A stretch of 64,000 bases of DNA from an uncultured delta proteobacterium (GTDB lineage: Bacteria; Myxococcota; Myxococcia; Myxococcales; Myxococcaceae). How positions within the stretch are numbered: position 1 is the stretch's first letter; each line of letters opens with the position of its first letter. The DNA lies in assembly GCA_963776345.1 (NCBI GenBank), contig CAVZMH010000015.1, positions 448,001 to 512,000 of the forward strand. The letters run 5' to 3'. Position numbers and translations under genes: made by a program. Of the stretch, positions 53,239-62,959 are shown in pieces. The notes beneath the pieces are model-generated. The model ran no database searches. It had not been told where the DNA came from and worked only from the letters and a program-made list of their open reading frames with translations.

Positions 53239-54248
53239 GCCCGCGCCCCCGCGCGCAGGTACAGCCCGAGCACCTCCTCGGCCACGCGCCGGGTGTCCGG
53301 CAAGGCCAGCGTCCGGCGCTCCGCCCGGAGCGCCTCCCTGGCCAGCGCCTCCGGCGTGAGCTCCGAAACCACCGCGTCGGCCCACTGGCCCAGCGCGCCC
53401 TCGGCCGCCCCCACCACCCGCGCGCCCACCGCCCGCCCCTGCACCGCCGGGCGCCCGGCCCCGTCGTTCCCCAGGCCCAGCACCCATAATTCGTCGAAGG
53501 CCTGCATCCAGTGCACCAGCACCTCGCCGCTCTGGTACCCGGGGAAGCGCACCTGCGAGGAGAGGCCCAGCCTGTCCGCCTGCGCCCGGAGGGACGGCCC
53601 GAGCCGCCCGTCGCCCAGGAGCACCAGCGTCGCCTGCGGCTCCCGCAGATGCAGCCGCGCGAAGGCCGACAGCGCGAGCGCGTGTCGGCGCGAGGCCTGG
53701 AAGGTCGACACCATGCCCACCACCGGAGCCGTGAGCCCCAGCGAGGCCTGGAGCGCTGCCCGGTCCGCCGCCGGACAGAACAGCGGCGTGACCAGCGGCG
53801 GGAGCACCATCCACGGCCGCCGGAGCCCGGCACCGAGCTCGGTCGTGGGCACGGTGAACGCCGCGGCCGGCGGACGGAGCGCCCGGCGCGAGCGCGCCGC
53901 GTGGAACGAGCGCACCCGGATGCCCCGGTGTCCTGACAGCGCCGCCACCCAGTGGTCGTGGCTGAAGTGCGCGTGCACCACGTCGACCTCCAGCTTCCCC
54001 AGCCGGCGCGCATCACGCCACATTCCGCGGGCGCCGTCGCGGGTGCAGAGCCGGAGCCCCTGCCCGTCGAGCAGCCCCAGGCGCTCGAGCCGGGGCGCCG
54101 CCGGCTCCTCCGAGCCCGTCCCCGGGCGTGTCGAGTCGATGGCCACCGAGACGGTGTGCCCGAGCGCCCGCTGCGCCTCCGCCAGGAGGGTCACCGGCTC
54201 GGCCGGGCCGCTCCACACCGGGCTCGACAGGAGGTGGAGGATCCTCAC
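53235..54248 (-). CDS. Glycosyltransferase family 4
   Basis: MRILHLLSSPVWSGPAEP, VHAHFSHDH, LLGDG, FPGYQ; translationally coupled in the LPS operon. Confidence 0.85.
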   Translation of the reverse strand: MRILHLLSSPVWSGPAEPVTLLAEAQRALGHTVSVAIDSTRPGTGSEEPAAPRLERLGLLDGQGLRLCTRDGARGMWRDARRLGKLEVDVVHAHFSHDHWVAALSGHRGIRVRSFHAARSRRALRPPAAAFTVPTTELGAGLRRPWMVLPPLVTPLFCPAADRAALQASLGLTAPVVGMVSTFQASRRHALALSAFARLHLREPQATLVLLGDGRLGPSLRAQADRLGLSSQVRFPGYQSGEVLVHWMQAFDELWVLGLGNDGAGRPAVQGRAVGARVVGAAEGALGQWADAVVSELTPEALAREALRAERRTLALPDTRRVAEEVLGLYLRAGARA

Positions 54249-55222
54249 CGGGGCCGCTCCATCCGCGCGTACACGCCCCGGAGCGCCGCCACCTCGGCGC
54301 CCAGCGTCCATCGCGCCCGGACCTCCGTCGCCGCTGCCCGCCCCACCGCCTCGGCCTTCGCGGGGTCGGCGAGCAGCGGCTCGAGGAGCGCCACCAGCGC
54401 CGCCACCTCGCCGGCGGGGTAGAGGAAGCCGGTCACCCCGTGCTCGACCAGCTCCGGGTAGTGCGGGAGCGCCGCCGCCACCACGCAGCACCCGCTGGCC
54501 ATCGCCTCCAGCAGCACCAGCGAGAAGCTCTCCCGGCGCGACGGCTGCACCACCACCGTCAGCCCGCGGTACAGCCCCGCCGTGTCGCCCAGCTCGCCGA
54601 GCTGCTCGAGCCCCGTGAGCCCGCGCGCGAACGCCCGCCACCGCCGCGTCACCAGGCCGGCGAGCACCCCGCGCCAGTCGGGGAAGCGCGGGCCGAGCCT
54701 CGCCCAGGCCCCGGCGAGGTCCTGCTGGCCCTTCGACGGACGGAGGCGCCCCACCGCCCCGAGCCCGTGCGTCCCTCCCACCCCCAGCGCGCGCCACGCC
54801 TCCGACCGGTCCTCGGGCCGAGAGAATCGCTCGACGTCCACGCCGTGCGGGACCACCTCGGCAGGGAGCCCGAGCTCCCCGAGCGCCACCCGCGTGAGCA
54901 CCACCCGGGCATCCGCCCGCCGCGCGAGGAAGCGGGTCCAGGCCGAGGGCCGGCCCGCCGCATGCCGGGTGAAGACGACTCGAACCGACCGCGCCACCGA
55001 GCGCAGGAGGAGCGCCGCCAGCAGCTCGAGGGCCCGGTGCGCGTGGACGACCAGCGGCCCGGCCCCTGCCCGCCTCCGGAGCTCGCCCCACCGCAGCCGC
55101 CGGACGCCGGGCGACAGGCCCCACCCCGTCACCTCCGCCGGGAGCAGCCGCGCCACGTCCTCCACGTGACGGGTGACTCCGGTGCGCCGTCCGTGGAAGT
55201 GGAGGTGCACCACCGGGATCAT
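54245..55222 (-). CDS. Glycosyltransferase family 4 (LpcC-like core transferase)
   Basis: RRTGVT, HAHR, PHGVD, GRLRPSKG, ESFSLVLLEAMASG. Confidence 0.88.
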   Translation of the reverse strand: MIPVVHLHFHGRRTGVTRHVEDVARLLPAEVTGWGLSPGVRRLRWGELRRRAGAGPLVVHAHRALELLAALLLRSVARSVRVVFTRHAAGRPSAWTRFLARRADARVVLTRVALGELGLPAEVVPHGVDVERFSRPEDRSEAWRALGVGGTHGLGAVGRLRPSKGQQDLAGAWARLGPRFPDWRGVLAGLVTRRWRAFARGLTGLEQLGELGDTAGLYRGLTVVVQPSRRESFSLVLLEAMASGCCVVAAALPHYPELVEHGVTGFLYPAGEVAALVALLEPLLADPAKAEAVGRAAATEVRARWTLGAEVAALRGVYARMERPR

Positions 55223-56526
55223 CCGGCGGACCCCGCTCTTCGCGAGGTGGAGCGCCTGCCCGCCCCGAGCAGCAGCCGGGCCACCAGGTCCACGTTGCGC
55301 TGGCTCGCCCCGGAGACCTGCCGCACCGACTGCGCCGCCAGGTTGCCCAGGTTGGCCAGGACGTCAGGACGGCCCAGCAGCTCGGAGAGCACGCGGTGCA
55401 GCTGCTCGGCGTCGGCCACCTGGATGCCGCCGCGCCCGAGGAGCACCTGCACGCTGTCGCGGAAGTTCTCCATCCGCGGTCCGAAGAGCACCGGACGGCC
55501 CTGCGCCGCGGGCTCGAGGATGTTCTGCCCGCCGCGGGGGGTGAAGCTTCCGCCCACGAAGACCACCGTCGCCAGCCGGTATGCCCGCGCCAGCTCCCCG
55601 ATGGTGTCCAGCACCATCACCGGCGCCCCGGGCGGACCCTGCGAGCGCCGGCCCGCCTCGACCCCCCGCGCCTGCGCCAGCGCCAGCACCCGTGCGGCCC
55701 GGTCCACGTAGCGCGGCGCCAGCACCAGCCGCAGCCCCGGGTGCACCTCGCGCAGCCGCTGCCAGACGGACAGGAGAATCTCCTCCTCGCCCTCGTGGGT
55801 GCTCCCACCCATCAGCACCAGCGCGTCCGGCGGGAGCCCGAGCGCCGTCCGTAGCGCCTCGTCCTCCGCCGACGGTGCGGGCACCGCCAGCCCGTCGAAC
55901 TTGGTGTTCCCGGTCACCCACACCCGGTCCAGCGGAGCGCCGAGCGAGAGCGCCCGCTCCGCCTCCTCGTCCTCGCGCATGAGCAGCAGGTCCAGCTCCG
56001 CCAGCGGATTGCCGAACAGGGCGAACAACGTCCGGTAGCCGCGCAGCCGGTCCGGCGAGAACCGGCCATTGGTGAGCGCCACCCGGGTCCCGGCGGCGCG
56101 GGCGGCGTGGATGAGGTTGGGCCAGATCTCCGCGTACTCGAGGACCAGGAGGTCCGGCCGCAGCGCCCGCACCGCCCGCCGGGTGCTCCCCGCCAGGTCC
56201 CACGGGGCGTACACCACCCCGTCCACCTGTGGCCGCAACCGCTGCTCCGCCATGGCGTGTCCGGTGTCGGTGATGGTCGAGAGCACGATGCGCGCGTCGG
56301 GGAAGCGCTCGCGGAAGCGGCCGATCATCGGCGCCAGCGCCTGGAGGTCGCCCGCGCTCGCCCCGTGCAGCCAGACCCGCGGCCAGCCGCCCTCGGGCAG
56401 CGTCCCCGGCCGGTACACGCCGAAGCGCTCCAGGAGCCCCTTCCGCGTCTTGCGCGCCAGCAGGAGCACCGGCGAGAGCAGGAGGAAGGCCAGCGTGCTG
56501 AGGACCACGTACAGCGCCCGCCTCAC
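55219..56526 (-). CDS. waaA: 3-deoxy-D-manno-octulosonic acid (Kdo) transferase
   Basis: VWLHGASAGD, EIWPN, TGNTKFD, GSTHEGEE, LDTIGEL, GGQNILEPA, GPRMENF. Confidence 0.95.
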   Translation of the reverse strand: MRRALYVVLSTLAFLLLSPVLLLARKTRKGLLERFGVYRPGTLPEGGWPRVWLHGASAGDLQALAPMIGRFRERFPDARIVLSTITDTGHAMAEQRLRPQVDGVVYAPWDLAGSTRRAVRALRPDLLVLEYAEIWPNLIHAARAAGTRVALTNGRFSPDRLRGYRTLFALFGNPLAELDLLLMREDEEAERALSLGAPLDRVWVTGNTKFDGLAVPAPSAEDEALRTALGLPPDALVLMGGSTHEGEEEILLSVWQRLREVHPGLRLVLAPRYVDRAARVLALAQARGVEAGRRSQGPPGAPVMVLDTIGELARAYRLATVVFVGGSFTPRGGQNILEPAAQGRPVLFGPRMENFRDSVQVLLGRGGIQVADAEQLHRVLSELLGRPDVLANLGNLAAQSVRQVSGASQRNVDLVARLLLGAGRRSTSRRAGSAG

Positions 56527-57674
56527 GGGCCCGCCTCCACCTTCACCGGCTGGGCCAGGAGCCAGGGCCAGGAGACGTCCCCGAGCCCGAGGCCCGGAGT
56601 CTCCACCCGCACTTCCACCAGGACCTGCCCGGGCCCCTCGAGCCGGACGTGCCCCCCGTCCACCATCCGCCCCGGGCCGTGCACGACGATCCTGGACCCG
56701 GGCGGGTGCACCGGCGGGAGCCGCACCTCGAGCACCTCGCCCACCCGGAACGTGCGCCGGTCCGCGGGCAGCACCGCGAAGCCCGCCGCCGGGGCCAGCG
56801 CGTCGACCGCGCAGTAGAAGCGAGCGGACCGCAGCTCCCGGATGACCGCCTGGGCCCCCTCGGCCGGAGCCTCGGGCAACGAGGTGATGCCGGTGAGGTG
56901 CATCGACATCCACCGGAACGCCGCCCCGTAGCTCGGGTAACCATGTGCGTCGGTGCTGCAGAAGGCGAGCTTCGGCTCGGGCCCGTCGAGCGCGAGCAGC
57001 CAGTCCTCCACCGGGCGCGTCTCGCCCAGGGCATAGACCAGCGCCCGGTCGGAGCTCACCAGCGCTGTCCCCAGCGCGGGCAACAGCCGGGTCAACGGGT
57101 GCTGCCGGAGCGTCCCCCACGCCGAGTCACCGCTCCACACCTCGGCCCCGCTCGCCGCGCGCGCCTGCGCGAGGTCCGTCCAGGCCCGCTGGGGGTGGAG
57201 CGGGTGGGACAGGACCGCGAGGCCTCCGAGCTGGAGAACCGCCCGCACCGGCGCCGACACCTTCTCGGCGTCGGTCAGCGCCCGCCGGGTCCCCACGTCC
57301 GCCAGGTGGCCGAAGGGCGTGCTCGACTCCTCGCCCCCGACGAGCAGCACGCCCTCCTCGCGCACCGGAGTGGGCAGCTCGGGGAGGTTGTGGTCGGTGA
57401 GCACCAGGAAGTCGAGGCCGGCCGAGCGCGCCGCCCGGGCGACGTCGGTCGGGCTTCCGCGCCCGTCGCTCCGGGTGGTGTGCACGTGCCAGGCGCCCCG
57501 GAGCTCGCGCGTGGCCGGCGGAGGAGTCAGCGGAAGCGGCCGCACCGCCGCGAGGAGCGCGAACCAGGCCAGCGTCAGGACGAGCAGGGCCAGCGCCCAG
57601 CGCAGCAGGCGGATCCACCCCGGCGTCCTCTTCCGACGCCGGATGGGCCGGAGCACCATGCTCGGGCGTCTCAC
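56523..57674 (-). CDS. Membrane-anchored PHP-domain (phosphoesterase-like) protein
   Basis: N-terminal TM helix; GAWHVHTTRSDG, LTDHN, GEE, SHP, STDAHG. Confidence 0.82.
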   Translation of the reverse strand: MRRPSMVLRPIRRRKRTPGWIRLLRWALALLVLTLAWFALLAAVRPLPLTPPPATRELRGAWHVHTTRSDGRGSPTDVARAARSAGLDFLVLTDHNLPELPTPVREEGVLLVGGEESSTPFGHLADVGTRRALTDAEKVSAPVRAVLQLGGLAVLSHPLHPQRAWTDLAQARAASGAEVWSGDSAWGTLRQHPLTRLLPALGTALVSSDRALVYALGETRPVEDWLLALDGPEPKLAFCSTDAHGYPSYGAAFRWMSMHLTGITSLPEAPAEGAQAVIRELRSARFYCAVDALAPAAGFAVLPADRRTFRVGEVLEVRLPPVHPPGSRIVVHGPGRMVDGGHVRLEGPGQVLVEVRVETPGLGLGDVSWPWLLAQPVKVEAGP

Positions 57675-59500
57675 CGCGCCGTCCCCGTGGCCGCGGGCGG
57701 CGGATGCTGCAGCGCCCAGGCCTCGGCGTACCAGCCGCCGCGGGCCAGCAACTCGTGGTGGCTGCCCTCCTCCACCACCCGGCCGGCGGAGAGGACGTGG
57801 ATCCGCTCCGCCCCGGACACGGTCTGCAGCCGGTGGGCGATGACCAGCGCCGTCCGGCCGGGCAGCACCGCCTCGAGCGCCGACTGCACCTCGCGCTCGC
57901 CCTCCGGGTCGAGGTTGCTCGTCGCCTCGTCCAGCACCAGCAGCCGCGCGTCACGGAGCACGGCGCGGGCGAGCGCCAGCCGCTGCCGCTGCCCGCCGCT
58001 GAGCCGGGCCCCCCGCTCGCCGAGGGGCGTGTCCCACTGGCGCGGGAGGGACATCACGAAGTCCTCGGCCCGGGCCGCCCGGAGCGCGGAGCGCAGCTCG
58101 CCCCCGGATGCCTCGGGCCGTGCGGCGAGGAGGTTGTCTCGCACCGTCCCCGAGAAGAGCAGCGGCTCCTGGGTGACCAGCGCCACCTGCGAGCGGAGCG
58201 AGGCCGCGGTGCACGCCTCCACGTCCACCCCGTCCCAGAGGATGCGGCCGGCGTCCGGGCGGAGGAAGCGGAGCAGCAGCGCGGCCACCGTGCTCTTGCC
58301 GCTGCCGCTCGGGCCCACCAGCGCCGTCATCTTCCCCACCGGAATCTCCAGCTCCAGGCGTCGGAGCGCCGGTCGGTCTCCGTAGGCGAGGCTCACCGCG
58401 TCGAACCGCACCGCCCGGGCGAGCCGCGGCGCGGGCCTGGCGCCCCGCGCGTCGGTCACCAGCGGCAGGGTCTCGAGCACCTCGAGCAGACGCTCCGCCG
58501 CCGCCGCGCCCTGGGTCGCGAACTGCGAGGCCCGCCCCAGCTCCTTCGCCGGCTGGTAGAGGAGGATGAGCGCCGCGAGGAACGAGAGCAGTCGCTCGGG
58601 TGGGACCTGCATGCTGCCCGCGGCCCAGACCAGCACCGCCGCCACGGCCACCGCGGCCAGCACCTCGGTCACCGCCGGGACCGCGGCCCGGGCCCAGGCG
58701 GCGCGGGCGAGGGTCGCGGCATGGGCCTCGGCACGCGACGCGAAGCGGACCGCCTCGGCCTCCTCCACCCCGTAGGCCTGCACCGTCCGCACCGCGGCGA
58801 GCGCCTCGCGCAGCTGCCCCGCCATCCCGCCGAGCCGCACCTGTCCCTCGCGGGTGCGCCGGAGCACCGAGCGGGTGAGCCGCGCCACGGGCACCCCCGC
58901 CACCGGCACCACCGCCAGCGCGACCAGCGCCAGCCTCCAGTCGAGCGCCACCGCCACGCCGGCCAGCACGGCGACTTGCAGCCCGTCGCGGATCCACGAG
59001 CCCACCGCGTAGATGGCCGCCGTCTCCACCGCGGCCACGTCGGCCGAGAAGCGCGAGAGGAGATCGCCGCTCATGCGGGCGGCGAGCTGCGCCGGAGATT
59101 GCCGGAGCAGGGCGTCGAGGAGCGCGCGCCGGAGCCAGGCCACCGTGCGCTGTCCGAACTGGCCGGTCCAGGTGAACTGCGCGGCGTAGGCGACGCCCTT
59201 CACCAGCGCCACGCCCACCAGGACCACGGGGAGCAACAGCAAGAGCCGCTCGCGCCCTGCCGACTCGAGCGCCGGGGCCCAGCCCGCCACTCGCCCCAGC
59301 GCGGAGGCCCCACCGGTCAACAGGAAACGCAGCGCCGGGCCCACCAGGAAGGCGTAGAGCCCGGTGGCCAGCGCGAGGACCGCCATCGCCAGGCTGGCGA
59401 GCAGGAGCGTTCCCAGGTGGGGGCGCGCATAGGGCGCGAGCCGCCACAGGGCACGCCACCCCGAACGGCGGCCGACGGTGTTGTCCGGAGCGGTGGTCAC
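57671..59500 (-). CDS. msbA: Lipid A flippase-like ABC transporter (TM + ATPase)
   Basis: 6-TM ABC membrane domain; [28 protein letters not shown]; lipid A cluster context. Start could be 59521. Confidence 0.85.
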   Translation of the reverse strand: MTTAPDNTVGRRSGWRALWRLAPYARPHLGTLLLASLAMAVLALATGLYAFLVGPALRFLLTGGASALGRVAGWAPALESAGRERLLLLLPVVLVGVALVKGVAYAAQFTWTGQFGQRTVAWLRRALLDALLRQSPAQLAARMSGDLLSRFSADVAAVETAAIYAVGSWIRDGLQVAVLAGVAVALDWRLALVALAVVPVAGVPVARLTRSVLRRTREGQVRLGGMAGQLREALAAVRTVQAYGVEEAEAVRFASRAEAHAATLARAAWARAAVPAVTEVLAAVAVAAVLVWAAGSMQVPPERLLSFLAALILLYQPAKELGRASQFATQGAAAAERLLEVLETLPLVTDARGARPAPRLARAVRFDAVSLAYGDRPALRRLELEIPVGKMTALVGPSGSGKSTVAALLLRFLRPDAGRILWDGVDVEACTAASLRSQVALVTQEPLLFSGTVRDNLLAARPEASGGELRSALRAARAEDFVMSLPRQWDTPLGERGARLSGGQRQRLALARAVLRDARLLVLDEATSNLDPEGEREVQSALEAVLPGRTALVIAHRLQTVSGAERIHVLSAGRVVEEGSHHELLARGGWYAEAWALQHPPPAATGTAR

Positions 59501-59538
59501 CAGGGACCCGAGGTGTACCATCCCGCCTTCGAGCGTCC

Positions 59539-60708
59539 ATGGCGAACGGCGAGCTGATGGTGGTGGCGGGCGAAGCCTCGGGCGACCTTCACGCCGCGGA
59601 CGTGCTGGCCGAGCTCCGCCGCCGCCGGCCCGGCCTCCGCGCCTTCGGGATGGGCGGGCCGCGCCTCGAGGCAGCCGGGCTGGAGCGGCTGTTCGACGCA
59701 CGGGAGATCTCGGTGATGGGCATCGCCGAGGTCTGGCCCCGGCTCCCCCGGATCTGGCGGGTGTTCCGGGCCCTCGTGCGCGCCGCCCGCGAGCGGCGTC
59801 CCGCGGCCGCCCTCCTGGTGGACGTGCCGGACTTCAACCTCCGGCTCGCGCGGAAGCTCCGGGGCCTGGGCGTTCCGGTGGTGTTCTACGTCAGCCCCAC
59901 GGTGTGGGCCTGGCGGCGGGGCCGCGTCCGGCAGATCGCCCGCGACGTGGACCGGATGCTCTGCATCCTCCCCTTCGAGGAGGAGTTCTACCGGGCCCAT
60001 GGCGTCCGGGCGCGCTACGTGGGCAACCCGGTGGTGGAGCAGGTCCCCCCACCCGGCGCGCCCGAGGGTTTCCGCCGCGCGCTCGGTCTCGACGCCGGCC
60101 GGCCCACCCTGGCGCTGCTGCCCGGGAGCCGCCCGGGCGAGCTCCACCGGCTGCTCCCGACGATGGTGGAGAGCGCGGCGCTGCTCCAGCGCGAGCGGCC
60201 GGAGCTGCAGATCGTCGTCCCGGTGGCTCCGGGCCTGGACCGGGCACCGATGGAGCGGGCGTTCTCCGCGCGCGGGCTCCACCCCACGCTGGTCGACGGC
60301 CGGGCCGCCGAGGTGGTGGGCGCGGCCGACGTCGTGGTCGTCGCCTCGGGCACTGCCACGCTGGAGACCGCGCTGATGCTCCGGCCGATGGTCGTCGTCT
60401 ACCGCATGTCGGCGCTGAGCTGGGCGGTGGGCAAGCTCCTGGTGAGGGTGGCCTTCGTCTCGCTGGTGAACCTCCTCAGCGGCCGGAGGCTCGTCCCCGA
60501 GCTGCTCCAGGGCGCGCTGCGCCCCGAGGCGGTGGCGGACGAGGTACGGCGGCTCTGGGCTCCGGGGGCCGCACGGGACGCGCAGCTCGAGGGCCTGCAG
60601 GCGCTCCGGGCGAAGCTCGGCAGCGGCCCCACCGCGTCGCGCGTGGCGGACGAAGTGCTGGATGTCATGGAGGTGCGTGGTAAGGACCCGGGCGCTCTCG
60701 CCCGATGA
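59539..60708 (+). CDS. lpxB: Lipid-A-disaccharide synthase
   Basis: VAGEASGD, DVPDFN, YVSPTVWAWR, ILPFE, LLPGSR, SGTATLE, PELLQ. Confidence 0.97.
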   Translation: MANGELMVVAGEASGDLHAADVLAELRRRRPGLRAFGMGGPRLEAAGLERLFDAREISVMGIAEVWPRLPRIWRVFRALVRAARERRPAAALLVDVPDFNLRLARKLRGLGVPVVFYVSPTVWAWRRGRVRQIARDVDRMLCILPFEEEFYRAHGVRARYVGNPVVEQVPPPGAPEGFRRALGLDAGRPTLALLPGSRPGELHRLLPTMVESAALLQRERPELQIVVPVAPGLDRAPMERAFSARGLHPTLVDGRAAEVVGAADVVVVASGTATLETALMLRPMVVVYRMSALSWAVGKLLVRVAFVSLVNLLSGRRLVPELLQGALRPEAVADEVRRLWAPGAARDAQLEGLQALRAKLGSGPTASRVADEVLDVMEVRGKDPGALAR

Positions 60709-61400
60709 ATCCTGCCCTGATCTGCATCCCCACCTACAACGAGCGCGACAACGTGGAGTCCATCGTCCGCGCGGCGCTGGCCGCCGACCCGCGGGTGGAC
60801 GTCCTGGTCGTCGACGACGCGAGCCCCGACGGCACGGGGGAGCTGGCCGATGCGCTGGTCCGCGAGTCGCCGCGGGTCCACGTCCTCCACCGCTCGGGGA
60901 AGGCCGGTCTGGGCAAGGCGTACCTCGCCGCCTTCGACTGGGCGCTCCAGCGGAACTACGCCTACGTCCTGGAGATGGACGCCGACTGGAGCCACGACCC
61001 GCGCTACCTGCCGGCCCTGCTCGATCGCGCCGCCTCCGACGCCGACCTGGTCCTGGGCTCCCGCTGGGTGGAGGGCGGCGGAACCCGGAACTGGGGCCTG
61101 GGCCGGCAGCTCATCAGCCGCGGCGGCTCGCTCTACGCCCGCGCCATCCTCGGGCTCCCCATCCGGGACCTCACCGGCGGCTTCAAGTGCTTCCGGGCCG
61201 AGGTGCTCCGGGCCATCGATCTCCCCACCGTCGCCAGCACCGGGTACGGTTTCCAGATCGAGCTGACCTACCGGGCCATCAAGCGCGGCTTCCGGGTGGT
61301 GGAGATCCCCATCGTCTTCGAGGACCGACGGGTGGGACAGTCGAAGATGTCGCGAGCCATCGTGCTCGAGGCCCTGGCCATGGTGTGGAAGATCCGGTGA
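60705..61400 (+). CDS. Polyprenol-phosphate mannose synthase-like GT2
   Basis: IPTYNE, VDDASPDGT, EMDADWSH, GSRW, DLTGGFKC, GYGFQIE, FEDRRVGQSKM. Confidence 0.92.
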   Translation: MNPALICIPTYNERDNVESIVRAALAADPRVDVLVVDDASPDGTGELADALVRESPRVHVLHRSGKAGLGKAYLAAFDWALQRNYAYVLEMDADWSHDPRYLPALLDRAASDADLVLGSRWVEGGGTRNWGLGRQLISRGGSLYARAILGLPIRDLTGGFKCFRAEVLRAIDLPTVASTGYGFQIELTYRAIKRGFRVVEIPIVFEDRRVGQSKMSRAIVLEALAMVWKIR

Positions 61401-62041
61401 GCGCCATCCTCTCCTCCGCGCTGGTGTCGCTCTCGGCGGTGTTCTTCGTCGTCGACCCGGTCGGGGTGGTGCCGATCTTCATCGCCATGACCCACGGCGA
61501 CCCGCCGGAGAAGATGCGGGACACCGCCCGCCGTGCCGCCCTGGTGGCCGCGGCGCTGCTCATCTTCTTCGCCCTCTTCGGGACCTTCCTCTTCAAGGTC
61601 ATCGGGGTGAGCCTGAGCGCGTTCCGGGTGGCCGGCGGGATCGTCCTCTTGATCACCTCGCTGGACATGCTCCGGGCCCGCCAGTCCGAGACCCGCACCT
61701 CGCCCGAGGAGGCGCAGGAGGCCACCGGCAAGGAGGACGTGGCCATCGTCCCGCTCGCCATCCCGCTCCTCGCCGGCCCGGGCGCCATCGCCACGGTGAT
61801 GGTGCTGATGTCCCGCGGCGACGGGCTGCTCACCACCGTGGCGGTGGTGCTGAGCATCCTGGTCACCATGGCCGCGACCTACTTCATGCTCCGCGGCGCC
61901 TCGCTGGTGCAGCGGGTGCTCGGTCAGGGGGGCGTGGCCATCTTCCAGCGGGTGATGGGCCTCTTGCTCGCCGCCATCGCGGTGCAGTTCATCGCCGAGG
62001 GCGGGCGCGACCTGGTCGGTCTGCCGCCGCCCCCGGTCTAA
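61397..62041 (+). CDS. MarC family membrane protein
   Basis: VVDPVG, AFRVAGG, VPLAIPLLAGPGAI, RVMGLLLAAIAVQF; GTGA overlap. Confidence 0.92.
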   Translation: MSAILSSALVSLSAVFFVVDPVGVVPIFIAMTHGDPPEKMRDTARRAALVAAALLIFFALFGTFLFKVIGVSLSAFRVAGGIVLLITSLDMLRARQSETRTSPEEAQEATGKEDVAIVPLAIPLLAGPGAIATVMVLMSRGDGLLTTVAVVLSILVTMAATYFMLRGASLVQRVLGQGGVAIFQRVMGLLLAAIAVQFIAEGGRDLVGLPPPPV

Positions 62042-62127
62042 CGCCGAAACCACTTGATCGATCCGTCCTCGCTTGCCCTCGCGGCGCGATCATCCGGTCG
62101 ATCCAGTGGTCGACGTTAGGCGGCGGC

Positions 62128-62955
62128 TCAGCGCGGCAGGCTGCCCGCGGCCGACCGCCCCACCAGCGTGATGCCGGCCTCGTTCGCCAGCGAGACCAGG
62201 CGCTCGCCCTCGAGCAAGAGGGTCTTCCCCGCCTCCACGGCCAGGACCCGGGCGCCCACCGCGCGCAGCGCCTCCAGCGTCGCGGGGCCGACGGCGGGGA
62301 GGTCGAAGCGCTCGTCCTGGCCGGGCTTGCTCCGCTTCACCACCACCACCCCGGGGCCCCCGAGCTCGGCCCCGCGGCGGATGCAGGCGTCGGTGCCCTC
62401 CACCGCCTCGAGCGCCAGCACGTGCCCGTTCTTCACCACCACCGTCTGCCCCACGTCGGCCCGGCCGAGCAGCGTCGCCACCTCCTCGCCGAGCGCCACG
62501 TCGCGCTCCTGGCCCGGGTCGAGCGGCGGACCGGCCAGGTGACCCTCCGGGGCGAGGATCTCCCGGAGCAGCTCGGTGGGCGCGACGATGCGGATGCCGG
62601 CGGACTCGAACTCGTCCGCCGCCGCGCGCAGGAGCGCGTCGTCCCGGAAGCTCCGCAGCCGCGCCGCGATGCGAAACAGCCCGAGGTCCGGGCGCATCTG
62701 CTGCACCGCCCGCATCCGGGAGAAGCCGCCGGCGAGCACCGCCTCCTCCACGCCCTGGCCGCGCAGCAGCCGCTCGATGCGCGCCACCTGACCCACCTTC
62801 ACCCAGTCGAGCCGCTCGACCTCCGAGGCGAGCTCCGGGTCCGTCTCGCCCACGTGCCCCACCGCGATGACCGAGAGCCCCCGGGCCCGTGCCGCCCGGG
62901 CGAACAGCCGGGGCAGCGCGCCGTTGCCGGCGATGAGGCCGATGCGTCCGGCCAC
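62128..62955 (-). CDS. lpxI: UDP-2,3-diacylglucosamine diphosphatase LpxI
   Basis: GLIAGNGALP, DVGQTVVV, ALEAVEGTD, KPGQDERFDLPAVG; follows lpxA. Confidence 0.95.
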   Translation of the reverse strand: MAGRIGLIAGNGALPRLFARAARARGLSVIAVGHVGETDPELASEVERLDWVKVGQVARIERLLRGQGVEEAVLAGGFSRMRAVQQMRPDLGLFRIAARLRSFRDDALLRAAADEFESAGIRIVAPTELLREILAPEGHLAGPPLDPGQERDVALGEEVATLLGRADVGQTVVVKNGHVLALEAVEGTDACIRRGAELGGPGVVVVKRSKPGQDERFDLPAVGPATLEALRAVGARVLAVEAGKTLLLEGERLVSLANEAGITLVGRSAAGSLPR

Positions 62956-62959
62956 GGCC

